Assembly: GCF_001194135.2 (NCBI RefSeq)
Contig: NC_068981.1
Span: 182,373,683 to 182,407,234, forward strand
Source of the DNA: Octopus bimaculoides
Taxonomy: Eukaryota
DNA length: 33,552 nt
Direction: 5' to 3'
The notes below the pieces were generated by a model. It did not search any database. It was given only the letters and a program-made list of their open reading frames with translations, and was not told where the DNA came from. Below are positions 1-10,530 of this stretch, one piece after another. The translations under genes were made by a program, and so were the position numbers. How positions within the stretch are numbered: the first letter of the stretch is position 1; every line of letters starts with the position of its first letter.

Positions 1-238
1 ACGTCTGACGTTCCGTGTGTCATGTGGTTCGTCTGAGTTCATTGTTTCATTGTTGTTGTCTTGTGGGACTGTCGTAGTAAAATGTCATTGATATATATAT
101 GGCGGACATGACTTTTGTTTATTCATAACGAACATTGGGTGAGTGCGTTCTTTGTATGTAATTGAACAATAAATGTAATAATTAAATTGTATAACTCGTT
201 ATGTTATCTCTGCGAGTCAGTCCGAGGGAAACATAACA
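1..238 (+). mobile_element. 3' part of an LTR-like sequence (solo or 3' LTR)
   Basis: AATAAA near 168 and terminus ...AACATAACA. No TGG primer site follows. The end resembles the one at 17314 (tatgttatc...cataaca). Confidence 0.4.
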
Positions 239-815
239 CCAGTGTCATGCTTGTAGCCCAATATTATAACCACTGTTCAGTAATGTAGCCACTGAGGTAT
301 TCCATATCTACAATCAGTTTATTGACTGGAGGGGAGACACCAAGTATCATAGTGGGCAGGATACAACCTTCTGATGGTTCAATCCAGGCCAGCCTTGATC
401 TAGAAAAGACCAATGATAAAAGGCTTTCTATCTATGACATCCCATCCTGTTTCCAAACATTGTATCGAGGACTTACATTTACTAGTGTGTAGTTAACAAG
501 CAGTGCTGATTTCAAATCCTGTCATGGTCTTGGAAAAGGCAATGGGGGATCCACTCCAGTGAATCGTTCTCATATCCTGAAATTTGGAGATTTGTCAAAA
601 ACTTAATCTTTCCATAACATTGATGAGTATTTTGAAGAATTATTGCATTTTGAGAAGACGACTGAAGGCCTATCTTCAAGTGATGACAAGTCTGGATTCT
701 GTGATGACAAGTCTGAATTCGGCAATAACACCTAATGAAATACTTGTAAAATTTACAGAGTTCCAACTGTTTATTGTAGTTATTTGTTAAAAGAAATAAA
801 AAATTTGACATAGAT

Positions 816-1076
816 CAGTGCTACTCAAAGTGGTGTTCCATGGCACCGGTCTGTGGCAAGTTTCCAGAAAAGAAAGAAACATAAAATTCTTATGTAATAT
901 TGTATTATTTGTTTACAAAATAAATATAAGATTTAAAAAATTGTCAACTTTTATTACATTCATTATATATATTGTTTCCAGTATAAATTAATATTTCTAA
1001 GAAATATTACTGGTCCCTGGCACATTGGAAAAAAAAAACTGCCAGTACACCACATCAGATAGTTTGAGAAGCACTG
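816..1076. mobile_element. hAT (Charlie-like) MITE, 261 bp
   Basis: TIRs CAGTGCTACTCAAA / TTTGAGAAGCACTG (13/14) and a perfect 8-bp TSD ACATAGAT at 808-815 and 1077-1084. Confidence 0.92.
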
Positions 1077-1340
1077 ACATAGATTATATCTATATCTGAA
1101 TTATTCAAACAATTGTTCACATGGCTGAGTGGTCTTCATCCAGCAGTGATGAAGCAGCAACATCTTTTTCCATTTAAAGTGAACAAAATAAGTGCCTAGC
1201 TCTATTTTTATTTTCATTGAAGCAAGTAAAATATGTGCCCGGTTTTATTTTTTTCACTGAAGTAAGTAAAATATGTGATAGACCACAAGGACCATTGCAA
1301 GATTTGAATTCCACCTATACCAAGAAAAAGAATAATTTAC

Positions 1341-1381
1341 CTTCTTGTTAGGTAACCAATCACACTAGCAGCATAAGAAGC
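1341..1381 (-). CDS. HACL1: HACL1 coding exon 3 (ASYAASVIGYLTR-R)
   Basis: Acceptor ttttgtcttccag, 41 nt, donor AG/gtaaat. Matches human ACYAASAIGYLTSR. I found no exon 4 in 1-1340, so the gene runs off the left edge. Confidence 0.94.
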
Positions 1382-2440
1382 CTGGAAGACAAAATTGTAC
1401 ACCATTAGAACAGCAACAGGAACTAAAATCTAAATGACATCTTTTTGCTTTCCAAGCTTTTATTTACAGTCAATTGGGTTAGTCGAACACAATAAGTAGA
1501 TGTTGACCATAAATGAAATTTGCTTAGGGGATGGAAACCCAGTTTTACTGGAGGATTTTCCAGGTGTTTTCATTGTTCTTCTCCACCCCAAAAATTTTAA
1601 GGGTGCACTTGCACCCTCTGCTCCAAAGTCTATGACATTGACTATCATGTCTTCACTCCTGTACTCACCTCACTAACCATCAAAGATGAGCAGGATCAAA
1701 CTGATTTTTATCCTTATTGATTGTAGTGGCTTTGATTGTTAACATCATTGTGAAAGAGGATGTTAAGGGATCAGTTATTGATTTGCATTAGATCTATTTT
1801 TTAAATTTATTCATTGGAATGGTATGTATGAAGGAAACATGGATTCTGCAGACTATTGCAGACTATTCATCTAGGAGGCAGTAATCAAATAAGAGCTGAT
1901 ACAGGCTAGAAAGCTCTCTTTAGTCTAAGCGCAGGCAAACCTTTTTAATGCTGGTGAAGTGATAAAATTCACCATACCATCTTGTAAGAAATATACAACT
2001 TTATTGTAATATTATATTGGTACGCAAGATGGGAAGTCATAATGAGACTGTAAAAACTTATTCAGTCTGTATAATTTCTCTATTGCGCACACAGATACAC
2101 ATACACACACATGTACACACACAAATACGAGCTCCATTGCACAAAGATAATATAAAATAAGAACACACACACATATCCTAGCACATGATTACACATACAA
2201 ACAGAAGAAGAAGAGCAGAGAAAGATAGAAAGAAAATGTGATCAAGATAGTACAGAGCTGATCCCCAAATGAAATAATGCAAGAGAAACATCTAAGTTTA
2301 AACATAAAAGACTATTAGGCAGTCTATTATACAGTTTGCAAAGCTCATTACTATTTTGTGTTTCATTTCAGTGAATGAATAAAATATGAGGTGCATTCCA
2401 GAATTTCGAGACTTTCTTTAAGAGAGGCAGCAATAACTGT

Positions 2441-2690
2441 CTTTATTTATTTATTTATGCACCCTTTTAAAGCCTAGCCAGGCTCATGGGCCCGGTTTCC
2501 TGGTTTCTATGGCATATGTGTTCCCCCCAGCTGGACGGGACGCCAGTCCATCACAGCGTTACTCAAGAAACAGGAAGAAAGAGTGAGTGAAAGTTGGGGC
2601 GAAAGAGTACAACAGAGGTTGCCACTACCCCCTGCCGGAGCCTCGTGGAGCTTTAGGTGTTTTCGCTCAATAAATACACACAACACCTGG
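2441..2690 (-). mobile_element. 5'-truncated SINE with V-domain-like core
   Basis: The minus strand has GTGATGGACTGGCGTCCCGTCCAGCTGGGGG, resembling the V-SINE core, and an (AAAT)n tail at 2441-2457. No tRNA head is present. Confidence 0.6.
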
Positions 2691-3170
2691 TGTGATTTTG
2701 TATGCACAAACCTAATTTGCAGAGAGCATGTCACCTCACCAAAGGTCACTTGTCGGTTCACCAGGACCATCTCTCAAGCTTCTTGAAACTTCATGTCAGT
2801 GATGGAGGCTGATGAGTGACCTGCTCCCTCTTCAGGCTTCATGCTTGTCCAGACATTTTTAAACTTCTTGATCCTATCACACACTTCTATGCAGTAGGGC
2901 ACTTGAAACCTAGATTGAATTTCAGCCCCTGATACACCTTCAGACTAGAGAAATCAAATCACAGATCTCTGGTTTTCCTTGATGGCTATTCTACCAGCAG
3001 AATAGCCATTTTTATTCTGTAACATAAGAAAGAAAACTGAAGAGATCAAGGTCGAATCTTGGTTACATAACTACAAGAGTACCACCCTTTAGCATGCAAG
3101 CACCGGAGGCAGTGAAAACAACTTAAAGAAAGAACTGGCAAAAGTGCATATTATTTTTGACTTCCCCTTG
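2691..3170 (-). pseudogene. Decayed mariner transposon: 5' TIR plus N-terminal HTH region of the transposase
   Basis: TA + CAAGGGGAAGTCAAAAATAAT TIR at 3172-3150 and ATG at 3009. Broken frames give KENQRSVI..LEGVSGAEIQSRF..IKKFKN..EEGAGH..MVLVNRQVTFGEVTCSLQI. Truncated by the SINE. Confidence 0.8.
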
Positions 3171-3288
3171 TAGTTCTGAAAACCCTCCACTCTCACCCCA
3201 GCCCATTTCAATACTGATGGATGGGAACAGTTTGAGGCTAAAACTGGAATCATTCAATTTACTTGAGATTTTTGTAAATAATACTTAC

Positions 3289-3393
3289 AGCTTGCTCGTT
3301 CCTCATAGCCACAAACTTGATGCCAGCAGTTTGCATGGCCATTGCAACTTCGATAACCGGAACACCAACAATGCCAAACACATATTCAATACC
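3289..3393 (-). CDS. HACL1: HACL1 coding exon 2 ([35 protein letters not shown])
   Basis: Pyrimidine tract plus ccag acceptor, 105 nt open, donor gtaagt. The peptide is the TPP-enzyme N-terminal motif (human [35 protein letters not shown]). Confidence 0.96.
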
Positions 3394-4249
3394 CTGGATC
3401 AATGTGAAAAGAAAAGCAACAAGTTATAAGCCAAACATATCACACACAGGCATGTGACAGTTTTAAATATTCAGGGATGGTTGTAGGGCAGTGTGTGTAC
3501 AATACATGAGACAGAACAGGCTTACAAAGAATTATATATTAAGTTCAGTAACTTAATGGAAAAAGATATATAGAAAATAATTAGGTCTTTTGACTGAAGC
3601 AAACAGAACAGAAGACCAAGTAAAAACAATAAACAGAATAAATAGGGGATAAATGCAGAAAATATATAGAAATATGCAGAAATAAAAACTGAGTATGTTG
3701 AAACTAAGTATGCATGTATACAAACATAAACAGTAATATATAAACAACATGGAAGATTAACATATTTTTATGGGACCCTCCAGTCTCTCTTTCCTGAATT
3801 GCCCTCACTGCACTCACCCTCTCCCTCAATTTCTCTCACTGTCCTCTCAAAACAGCTTCTTTACCACCTCAGTACCCTTTCTCATCTTCCCTCCCCACCT
3901 CTGGCCTACTCCCATGATCCCTACACCTCTCTATCCTTCAATGACTATCTGAGGATTCCATTCTACCCCCAGTCTATCGCTCCCTTCCTATCCTCTTTTC
4001 CTCACACCTTTCTACCACATTTGCCCTTATAATGTAGGATAGCCCTAGACACCCCCTACACAAGCCACCTTTTCACTTCTCTTATTCGTCCCTTCCTTTT
4101 CTCACTAACCTTTGACAGTAATCCCTTACCTTTTCCTTGTACCCTGCCATAATTCCTCCTCCAATAGTATCCCCTCTTTTACTCTCTCCACTGCTATCCT
4201 ATCACAACTATAAATCTGTTCCTCTCTGTCCTTTTTCTTCAGACACATT

Positions 4250-4600
4250 GTCATTACCATTTAATGTTCATGCTTCATGGTAAAATGTGTTGGACAGCGT
4301 GAGTGGATCCAATGGATCCTAGGACAACATTGTGCTCCAATGTCTGCTTTGGCTTGGTTTCTATGGCTGGACACCCTTCCTAATGCCAACCACTTTAAGA
4401 GTGCACTGGGGGCTTTTTTGTGTCACCAATATCAGTGAGGTTGCCATGTAGCTTGCATGACTAGAAAGCCTTAGTGGAAGAGTTGTTCTAGGCAATAAGG
4501 GGTTAAAGTATGAGAGAAGGTACAGCAGGAATTTTACTATAGAGGAGCTACATGGCTACTCACATTTAGAAGAGAGGATGTTAAATGATAATGAAGATGA
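4250..4600 (-). mobile_element. RTE-tailed retroposon (SINE or LINE 3' end)
   Basis: Reverse complement of AAAGTGGTTGGCATTAGGAAGGGTGTCCAGCC and a degenerate TCCAACCCATG..CATGGAA..TTAAATG tail. Same family as 5915-6062. Confidence 0.6.
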
Positions 4601-4830
4601 TGGTGAGAATGAGTGGGTGGAGCTAGCAAGAGATAAAATAGTGGTGATGAGATATCTTCATGGTCCCTCAAAGTATGAGGTGAATAAAAGTGAGTGCAGA
4701 CAGAGAAATGAGGATAAAGTCATCAAAAATAATTAATACACATTAGTAGACAGAGACAACAAAATATTAGCTATTGACTGGAATATGATCTAGAATTTCA
4801 TACACTAAATTAGCATTTTGTAGTAAATTA

Positions 4831-5218
4831 GATAGCATCTACTTTGATAAATCCAGTACTTCTTTTGATCAGCCAACACTATACAAGCAAGATGTGGTCC
4901 ACTGATCCAAGATAGTATCTCTGAATAAGAAGTGAATAACTGAATTAGAGTGTGACAGACCACATAACCCAAACCAGAATGGAAGGCAGGTGTAAAAAGA
5001 ATGGCTATGATGAATTAATAGTTGATATTTTATAATTGTAAATCACCATCATCCTCATTTTTATACCCACTATCCATGCTGGTATGGGTTGGATGGACTG
5101 TCACACTCTAATTCAGTTCTTATTCAGAGTTACTGTCATCTTGGATTGGTGGATTATGTCTTGTTTGTACAGAGTCAGCAGATGAAAAGAAGTACTGCTT
5201 ATCAAAGTAAATGGTATC
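4831..5218. repeat. Long imperfect inverted repeat: two tail-to-tail copies of a retroposon 3' end
   Basis: 4831-~5013 aligns to the reverse complement of ~5041-5218 (shared blocks such as CAGTACTTCTTTT, ATCCAAGAT, CTCTGAATAAGAA, ACTGAATTAGAGTGTGACAG). Spacer about 27 bp. Confidence 0.85.
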
Positions 5219-5232
5219 CAATTTAAAATGTA

Positions 5233-5438
5233 TGATGGGGTGCTGGAAAGTTCCTGGCTTTGGGTAAAAGAAAATACAGGAGGATCAATTAATTATGATT
5301 TTATTGAATTTATTCCCCTCTCAGATTCACACACTTATTGCAGTTTCTTTAAGCTCTGTAAAAGAATTTGGAAGGTTGAGTCTCCAACTGGGCCTTTCAT
5401 GATACCCTTAAAGCCAGGAACTTTTCAGCACCCCCTTG
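5233..5438. mobile_element. Mariner-type MITE, 206 bp
   Basis: About 30-bp TIRs TGATGGGGTGCTGGAAAGTTCCTGGCTTT / AAAGCCAGGAACTTTTCAGCACCCCCTTG, with TA on both sides (5231-32, 5439-40). Confidence 0.9.
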
Positions 5439-5914
5439 TATATGCCTGCCTTCTCATCCTCACTGGCTCCACAAACTGCCTCTGTCTTGTCCTCGCCCCA
5501 CTCTCAGCAACTGAATTATTTTTACTATTCCTGCTGCTCACGGCCCCTACACTTCTCTATCCATCTGACTTTCCCAGCTCATGACTATTGTTTCAGTCAC
5601 TCTTCAATAATAACCCATTTTGGTAGTCTGCCTTACCATAAAATCTTGCAAACCACCCACCACCCACTCCTACTCAGCTTGTGCCTTGGGCTGGAGGGGG
5701 GGCATCTGAGCACCTTATTGCCATTATCTACTGATAGTTTTCTCTTTCTTCTCCTAGATGTGAATACACCATGCAGATCCCTCTGCAGAAACTTGCTCTG
5801 TGCCCCCACACCTCACAGTAATCCTCTTGTCTCCTAGCATGAAGCTGACCTGCCACTTACCCCAAGGCTTGTAGTCCTGTGAACTGCATGGTAACCATGA
5901 TAGTACAGTTAGTA

Positions 5915-6062
5915 CAAAACAAGCACCCAATCAATGCTGTAAAGTGAGTGGCATTAGGAAGTGCATCCAGCCATAAGAACTTTGCTAAAAGCAGTCACTG
6001 GAATTGGATACGGACCTTGGAGTTATTGAATCCTATCAAATCGTCCAACCTATGCCAGCTTG
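5915..6062 (+). mobile_element. RTE-tailed retroposon, same family as 4250-4600
   Basis: GTAAAGTGAGTGGCATTAGGAAGTGCATCCAGCC ... AAATCGTCCAACCTATGCCAGCTTGGAA. Confidence 0.6.
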
Positions 6063-6959
6063 GAAGGAAGGAAGGTAGGTGGGTAATTAGGTAGGTAGGT
6101 AGAATTACAGACTATTGATTTTTAAAAACTTTATAATGAACTATCATTCATAGGTGTTTTCCTAAGTTTAGTTGGTAAGCTAAAAAACTAGTTGTGAAAT
6201 TTTGAGTGAATGATTTCATTATATGTTTTTTCTGTCAACATTTTAAGAAAATTTTTTAAATAAAGTCACACACAAAATATGAAGTCCATCTCTATTTCAC
6301 ATATTATTTTGTATTTTATACATGGCCCAGCAACTTACTGACCCATTCCAAAATCATGAATTTCTAATTTTTTTTTAAAGGCTTACCCCATCGTTTGTAA
6401 GTGCGTAGTGCAAAAAAAAAAAAAAAGAAACTAAAATCCGTCATTAAGGACCCTAGGAAAGGAAAGGGGGGAAATAGATTTTCAACATTTTTAAAAATAA
6501 AAGTCCCTCCCCCTATCATTTGGAAGTGCGCGGTGTAAAAAAAAAAATTAAAAATTCCCCTTATGTGGGTGAGCTATAACGAAACTCCGCTCGATTCTAC
6601 TCTGACCGGGCTACTTTCACCTTTTTAACCAGCAAAAAAATAAGAGTTAACGAGACAAATGTTTGAAAATAACAGCCAAATCTCCATCAAATCACCCCCT
6701 ACCACCTTTAAAAGACACACACTAGACAATATGTTCCTGTGTATCCTGCACACAAAAAGGGGTTAGTCACCATCGGAATGCTTTTGATTCACCAGAAAGG
6801 GGAAGGAGTTCACATCATCTCACTCAAGTTGACCAGGGCCCTCTGACAGGACCCTTCGCTTTGGTCCGGAGCTAAAACAACAACAAATTGAGTTCTGTCG
6901 CAGACACATGACCACAACTTTTAATGGGAGTAAACAGCCAAATATATGAAGACCCTGTA

Positions 6960-7075
6960 CTTTTCTTATTTCAGCAATAGAAGGGTGAAAGGGCAAAGCT
7001 GACCTCGGTGGTGTTCGAATAAAGAGGACATAAAGCATTTTGTTCGACGCCCCTATTAGTTTTATCAGTCTACAA
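6960..7075 (-). mobile_element. Degenerate SINE-A fragment
   Basis: GGTGAAAGGGCAAAGCTGACCTCGGTGG...AAGCATTTTGTTCGACGC matches the family core and head. Confidence 0.55.
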
Positions 7076-7136
7076 CTCTCTTAACCAACATAATATCGAA
7101 AGGAATGGTTGCAGAAGTGAACAATAATAATTATAA

Positions 7137-7322
7137 TCCTTTCTATTACAGGCACAAAGCCCGAGGTTTTCGGGAGATAGGGGTTAGTCGATTACATTGA
7201 CCCCAGGGCTCAACTGGTACTCATTTCATCGTCCCCTAAAAGGATGAAAGGTAAAGTTAACCTCAGCCGAGGTAAAGTCAGACACACTGCCGCTACATTT
7301 AGCTCGGCGTGCTAACCAGCTC
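7137..7322 (-). mobile_element. tRNA-derived SINE-A (Meta-domain-like core, tail type 1)
   Basis: Aligns to the copies at 23073 and 32422, with internal deletions. Flanked by (AAT)n. Confidence 0.85.
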
Positions 7323-7345
7323 TAATAACAATAATAATAATAATA

Positions 7346-7480
7346 ATCCTTTCTGCTGTAGGCACAAGGCCTGAAATTTTGAGGGAGGGAGCAAGTCAAT
7401 TACATCGACCCCACTCCTCAACTGGTACTTAATTTATCCACCCCGAAAGAATGAAAGACAAAGTCAACCTCGGCGGAATT

Positions 7481-7481
<1 letters not shown>
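7346..7481 (-). mobile_element. 5'-truncated SINE-A (tail type 1)
   Basis: GGCACAAGGCCTGAAATTTT...AAAGTCAACCTCGGCGGAATTT, embedded in (AAT)n a few tens of bases from the HACL1 exon-1 donor. Confidence 0.88.
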
Positions 7482-7512
<31 letters not shown>

Positions 7513-7518
7513 GCTTAC

Positions 7519-7578
7519 TTGTTGTTTTAAAGCATTCGCCAAAATAGTAGCACCGTCTAACTCTTCTGCCTCTGTCAT
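7519..7578 (-). CDS. HACL1: HACL1 coding exon 1 (MTEAEELDGATILANALKQQ)
   Basis: ATG at 7578-7576, 20 codons, then donor CAA/gtaagc. The peptide matches the HACL1 N-terminus (human SGAKVIAQALKTQ) and joins exon 2 in phase 0. Confidence 0.92.
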
Positions 7579-7760
7579 TTCAATAACTTGGAAATTCTCG
7601 AAGTTTTGTTTTTAACCACGCATAACAAGGGGCGAAGTACAGGTCGACTTCAGCACAACGACTGACAGTCGAAGCACTTGGTTTAGTTATAAATATTGTT
7701 CCGGCCGGATTATTTAGTCTAATCTTCTATACGTCTCATACTTTTGTTCTTTTGTTTTTC
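7579..7760 (-). promoter_or_regulatory. HACL1: Probable HACL1 5'UTR and proximal promoter
   Basis: Non-repetitive, CpG-containing stretch directly upstream of the start codon, with a weak TATA-like TATTTATAAC at 7696-7687. The TSS cannot be located from sequence. Confidence 0.45.
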
Positions 7761-7814
7761 TCTTACATTTTTTCTAATATTTCATAACTGCTTGTAAACA
7801 GTAAGCATGACAGG

Positions 7815-7980
7815 GTGTTTAAGGAGGTCACTTTACAACCATGTGGTTTTTTTCTTCACTCCCAGTGTGCAACACTTTGGGCAAGTGGCTTCTGCTATGG
7901 CCCAGGATTGGCCAATGTCTTGTGGGTGAATTTGGTAGACGGAAAGTGTGGAAGTCCATTGTACACACACACACACACGC
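7815..7980 (+). mobile_element. SINE-B head and CORE-like region (degenerate)
   Basis: CAACCATGTGG...ACTTTGGGCAAGTGGCTTCTGCTATGGCC...GAATTTGGTAGACGGAAA, followed by (CA)n. Confidence 0.7.
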
Positions 7981-8142
7981 ACATCCTCTAAGTTCGTTTA
8001 CGGGAAATGTTTTTGAATATGTATATAAAAGCTCCTATTTCAATTTGCCAGGTACAGCCTAATGATACCAACTAGCAATAACAGTTTTTGTGGGTTGTAT
8101 CGAGCTGTGTCAGTATAATGTAGGATAATAATAATGATAATC

Positions 8143-8286
8143 CATGGATAGGATTTATAAATATTTTAATGCATCGCTACGTGTGTTTCTACAAATCACG
8201 TTTCTTACGATAATAGTCCTAAGAAACGTGTGCTTGGTGGGAATGCGCATAGCGATGCATTAAAATATTTATAAATTCCATCCATG
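8143..8286 (+). other. About 144-nt foldback hairpin
   Basis: Perfect 27-bp arms (8153-8179 / 8250-8276), a G:U-rich middle stem, an 11-bp inner stem CACGTTTCTTA/TAAGAAACGTG and a 12-nt loop. Confidence 0.85.
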
Positions 8287-8350
8287 TGTTGTTGTTACTA
8301 CTATAAACATATATATATAAAAACACACACAGATACATACATACACACAT

Positions 8351-8626
8351 GGGTGCTACTTTAGTGTGTGATATACAAGGGAGATTACTCTAGGTTACTT
8401 TTTAAATTATTTTGTACGTACTTAGCACTGTAAATGTATTTTTTCAAACTTCTTACTATTTTGATAATGAGAAAAACCATATAATAAATCAAAATAAGTG
8501 CGTAGATCACCTACCAAAGTAAATTTGCTCACGTAGATCACACGGAAAGTAGCACTAACACAAACTAAACTAAAAAGTAACCTAAAGTAATCTCCCTTGA
8601 ATAGATCACACGCCAAAATAGTACCC
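8351..8626. mobile_element. MITE with about 50-bp TIRs, superfamily unassigned
   Basis: GGGTGCTACTTTAGTGTGTGATATACAAGGGAGATTACTCTAGGTTACTT versus the reverse complement of 8575-8626. Internal TAGATCAC repeats. Possible 6-bp TSD ACACAT/ACACGT. Confidence 0.85.
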
Positions 8627-8635
8627 ACACGTGTA

Positions 8636-8775
8636 TATATATGTATATTTGTGTGTATGTGTGCGCGCTGTGTGGCCGTAGAACTTTGGACGAAAAGCTC
8701 GATAGAATAAGTACTAGACTAAAAACCTCCCTTGGCCGCTGTCGAAGAACTGAAACAAGTAAAATATAAAAGTAG
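8636..8775 (+). mobile_element. SINE-B 3' part (degenerate)
   Basis: CGATAGAATAAGTACTAG...GGCCGCTGTC...ACTGAAACAAGTAAAA matches the copy at 17510-17733. Confidence 0.7.
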
Positions 8776-8916
8776 GTAAACAGCTTCCGAAGTATCAATC
8801 ATTCATTCATTATATTTATGAAGGAGTATCTGTAACTCATTATAAAACCAACATTACAAAGGGTTTTCGAATAGAACCGGGTAGACACACGCTCACATAC
8901 ATACATACATACATAC

Positions 8917-9650
8917 AAACCAGAAAGGAGAAAGCTGATTCGAAGACTACAGATCCAAGAGAGACAGTGACGCTCTTGTAATCACAAGGTACAACTGCAT
9001 GTGTAGGCTATGCCATGTTTCTGTACTACCTCCCTATGTGGCACGATGTTGTTGCTAAAACAATTTACAATGCCATCCGAAAAAATACTCTCCTGAAATA
9101 AACTTAGAAAAATCCCTGTTACAGAATACATTCATAAGCACCAACTCAAAGAATACTGGGGGAATATTCCCATCAAAACTTCTGTTAAACGTAAACATAA
9201 TGGACCGGATATTGTTATTTGGAAACAGAGGGGCAAAGGTATGTACCATCATAGAGGTCAGCTGCCCTGTAGATATAAATATCTCTTTGAAAATCAAACA
9301 AAAAGAGAATATCTGTGGTCAACTGCTTCGAAACCTCCAGCTTCTAAATATATCTAGACTATGAATTCATATTCATTCCAATAATAATTGAAGCACCAGG
9401 TTTTGTTAGTAAATGCTTAAAGGAGAATCCAGATAAACTGGGATTTTCAGAAAGAGATATTGACCGGCTGATTTGTATATTACAAGTGCAATCTATGAGT
9501 GGAACAGTAAACATATGCAAGACTTTTCTCAAGTTCCAAATGTGAATTTGTCTGTGTTAGCTACATCCCAAAGATGGAGCCTTGTATCTTTGTTGGATAC
9601 CGGCTCCCTCCTCAGTAGAAGATTTATAATAATTAAAAATTAGAAGAGAC
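8917..9650 (+). mobile_element. R4/Dong-type REL non-LTR retrotransposon 3' fragment (family 1, with a short family-2 piece at its 5' end)
   Basis: Frameshifted peptide CRLC..YLPMWHDVVAKTIYNAIRKK..EYWGNIPIKTS..HNGPDIVIW..CTIIEVSCP..QKENICGQLLRNLQLL..FIPIII..GTVNICKTFLKFQM*, i.e. a zinc-knuckle remnant plus PD-(D/E)xK endonuclease. The 3'UTR ends in (ATAC)n. Confidence 0.88.
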
Positions 9651-9660
9651 ATACATACAA

Positions 9661-9766
9661 AGATACTCTGTTGATGTTGTTGAAATTCCAATGAAGGAGC
9701 CTTGGATCTAGGTTAGACACTGGTTCTTTCTCTATTGGCAAGAAATCTTGAAATAAAACTGAATAA
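9661..9766 (+). mobile_element. REL retrotransposon family 2, 3'UTR end
   Basis: Near-identical to 24995-25098, which lies downstream of a family-2 ORF C-terminus. Followed by (ATAC)n. Confidence 0.8.
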
Positions 9767-10261
9767 CATACATACATACATAAATACATACACAAACATA
9801 CACATACACACACATATCGGATTAATGAAACTTCCACTCAACGAGGAAATAGATGTGATAAGCGATATGCCTAAACAAGTGTCCCCCCCCCCCTCTACCG
9901 ATTTTGTTTCCTCTCTACCTTCGGGAAAATGGATATTTTTTAATCAAATTTTCGAAAAATACCTTTCAAATGGTGTATATTGCGACTATAGTGGAATTAA
10001 TTGTGGAAAAATGGTGGGTGCAATGGGCCTATAGTTTCCTGCCATCTCGGTGATTTCATTTTTGGCAACAAGATTTGTCCTTGCTGTAGCAAACCAATTT
10101 GGTATATCACTCTGACCTTCCATAGTCCTTTCGAACATCCATATCAATGTATGTATGTATGTATGTATGTATGGTTCATTGTGTTAAACTATCATAGGAG
10201 CTTTTTCGTTTTCTTCCAACCATAAATTTGAATCTGAAAATTGTGATGATGATGATGATGA

Positions 10262-10414
10262 TGTTTCTTTCTACTATAGACACAATGCTGGTACTTATTT
10301 TGTCGACTCCGAAAGGATGAAAGACAAAGTTGACCTCGGCGGCATTTGAACTCAGACGAAATGCCGCTAAGCATTTTGCCCAGCGTGCTAATGATTTTAC
10401 CAGCTTGCCGCCTT
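10262..10414 (-). mobile_element. SINE-A with internal deletions
   Basis: Contains head (AAGGCGGCAAGCTGG), B-box GAGTTCAAATG and core. Flanked by (GAT)n and (AAT)n. Confidence 0.85.
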
Positions 10415-10415
10415 G

Positions 10416-10492
<77 letters not shown>

Positions 10493-10510
10493 TATTATTA
10501 TAATAATAAT
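10416..10510. repeat. (AAT)n microsatellite with a short (TTA)n interruption
   Basis: Seen directly in the sequence. Confidence 0.98.
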
Positions 10511-10530
10511 TTCTTTATTAACTGCAAGGG

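Noticed and set aside
681-721. 21-bp tandem duplication (GTGATGACAAGTCTG..), and a ~33-bp duplication at 1205-1277
   Set aside because: Two-copy local slippage duplications with no spacer structure. Not CRISPR-like and not otherwise informative.
2385-2440. TA-TGAGGTGCATTCCAG as the missing 3' TIR of the mariner at 2691-3170
   Set aside because: Only about half of the first 20 positions match the 5' TIR, which is too weak to pair them.
3770-4250. Pyrimidine-rich ORFs here and at 5436-5837
   Set aside because: Strand-biased low-complexity sequence, probably old retroelement DNA, with no identifiable domain.
7537-7554. CGCCAAAATAGTAGCACC resembles the MITE TIR at 8611-8626
   Set aside because: It lies inside HACL1 coding exon 1 (codons GATILA), so the match is most simply coincidence.
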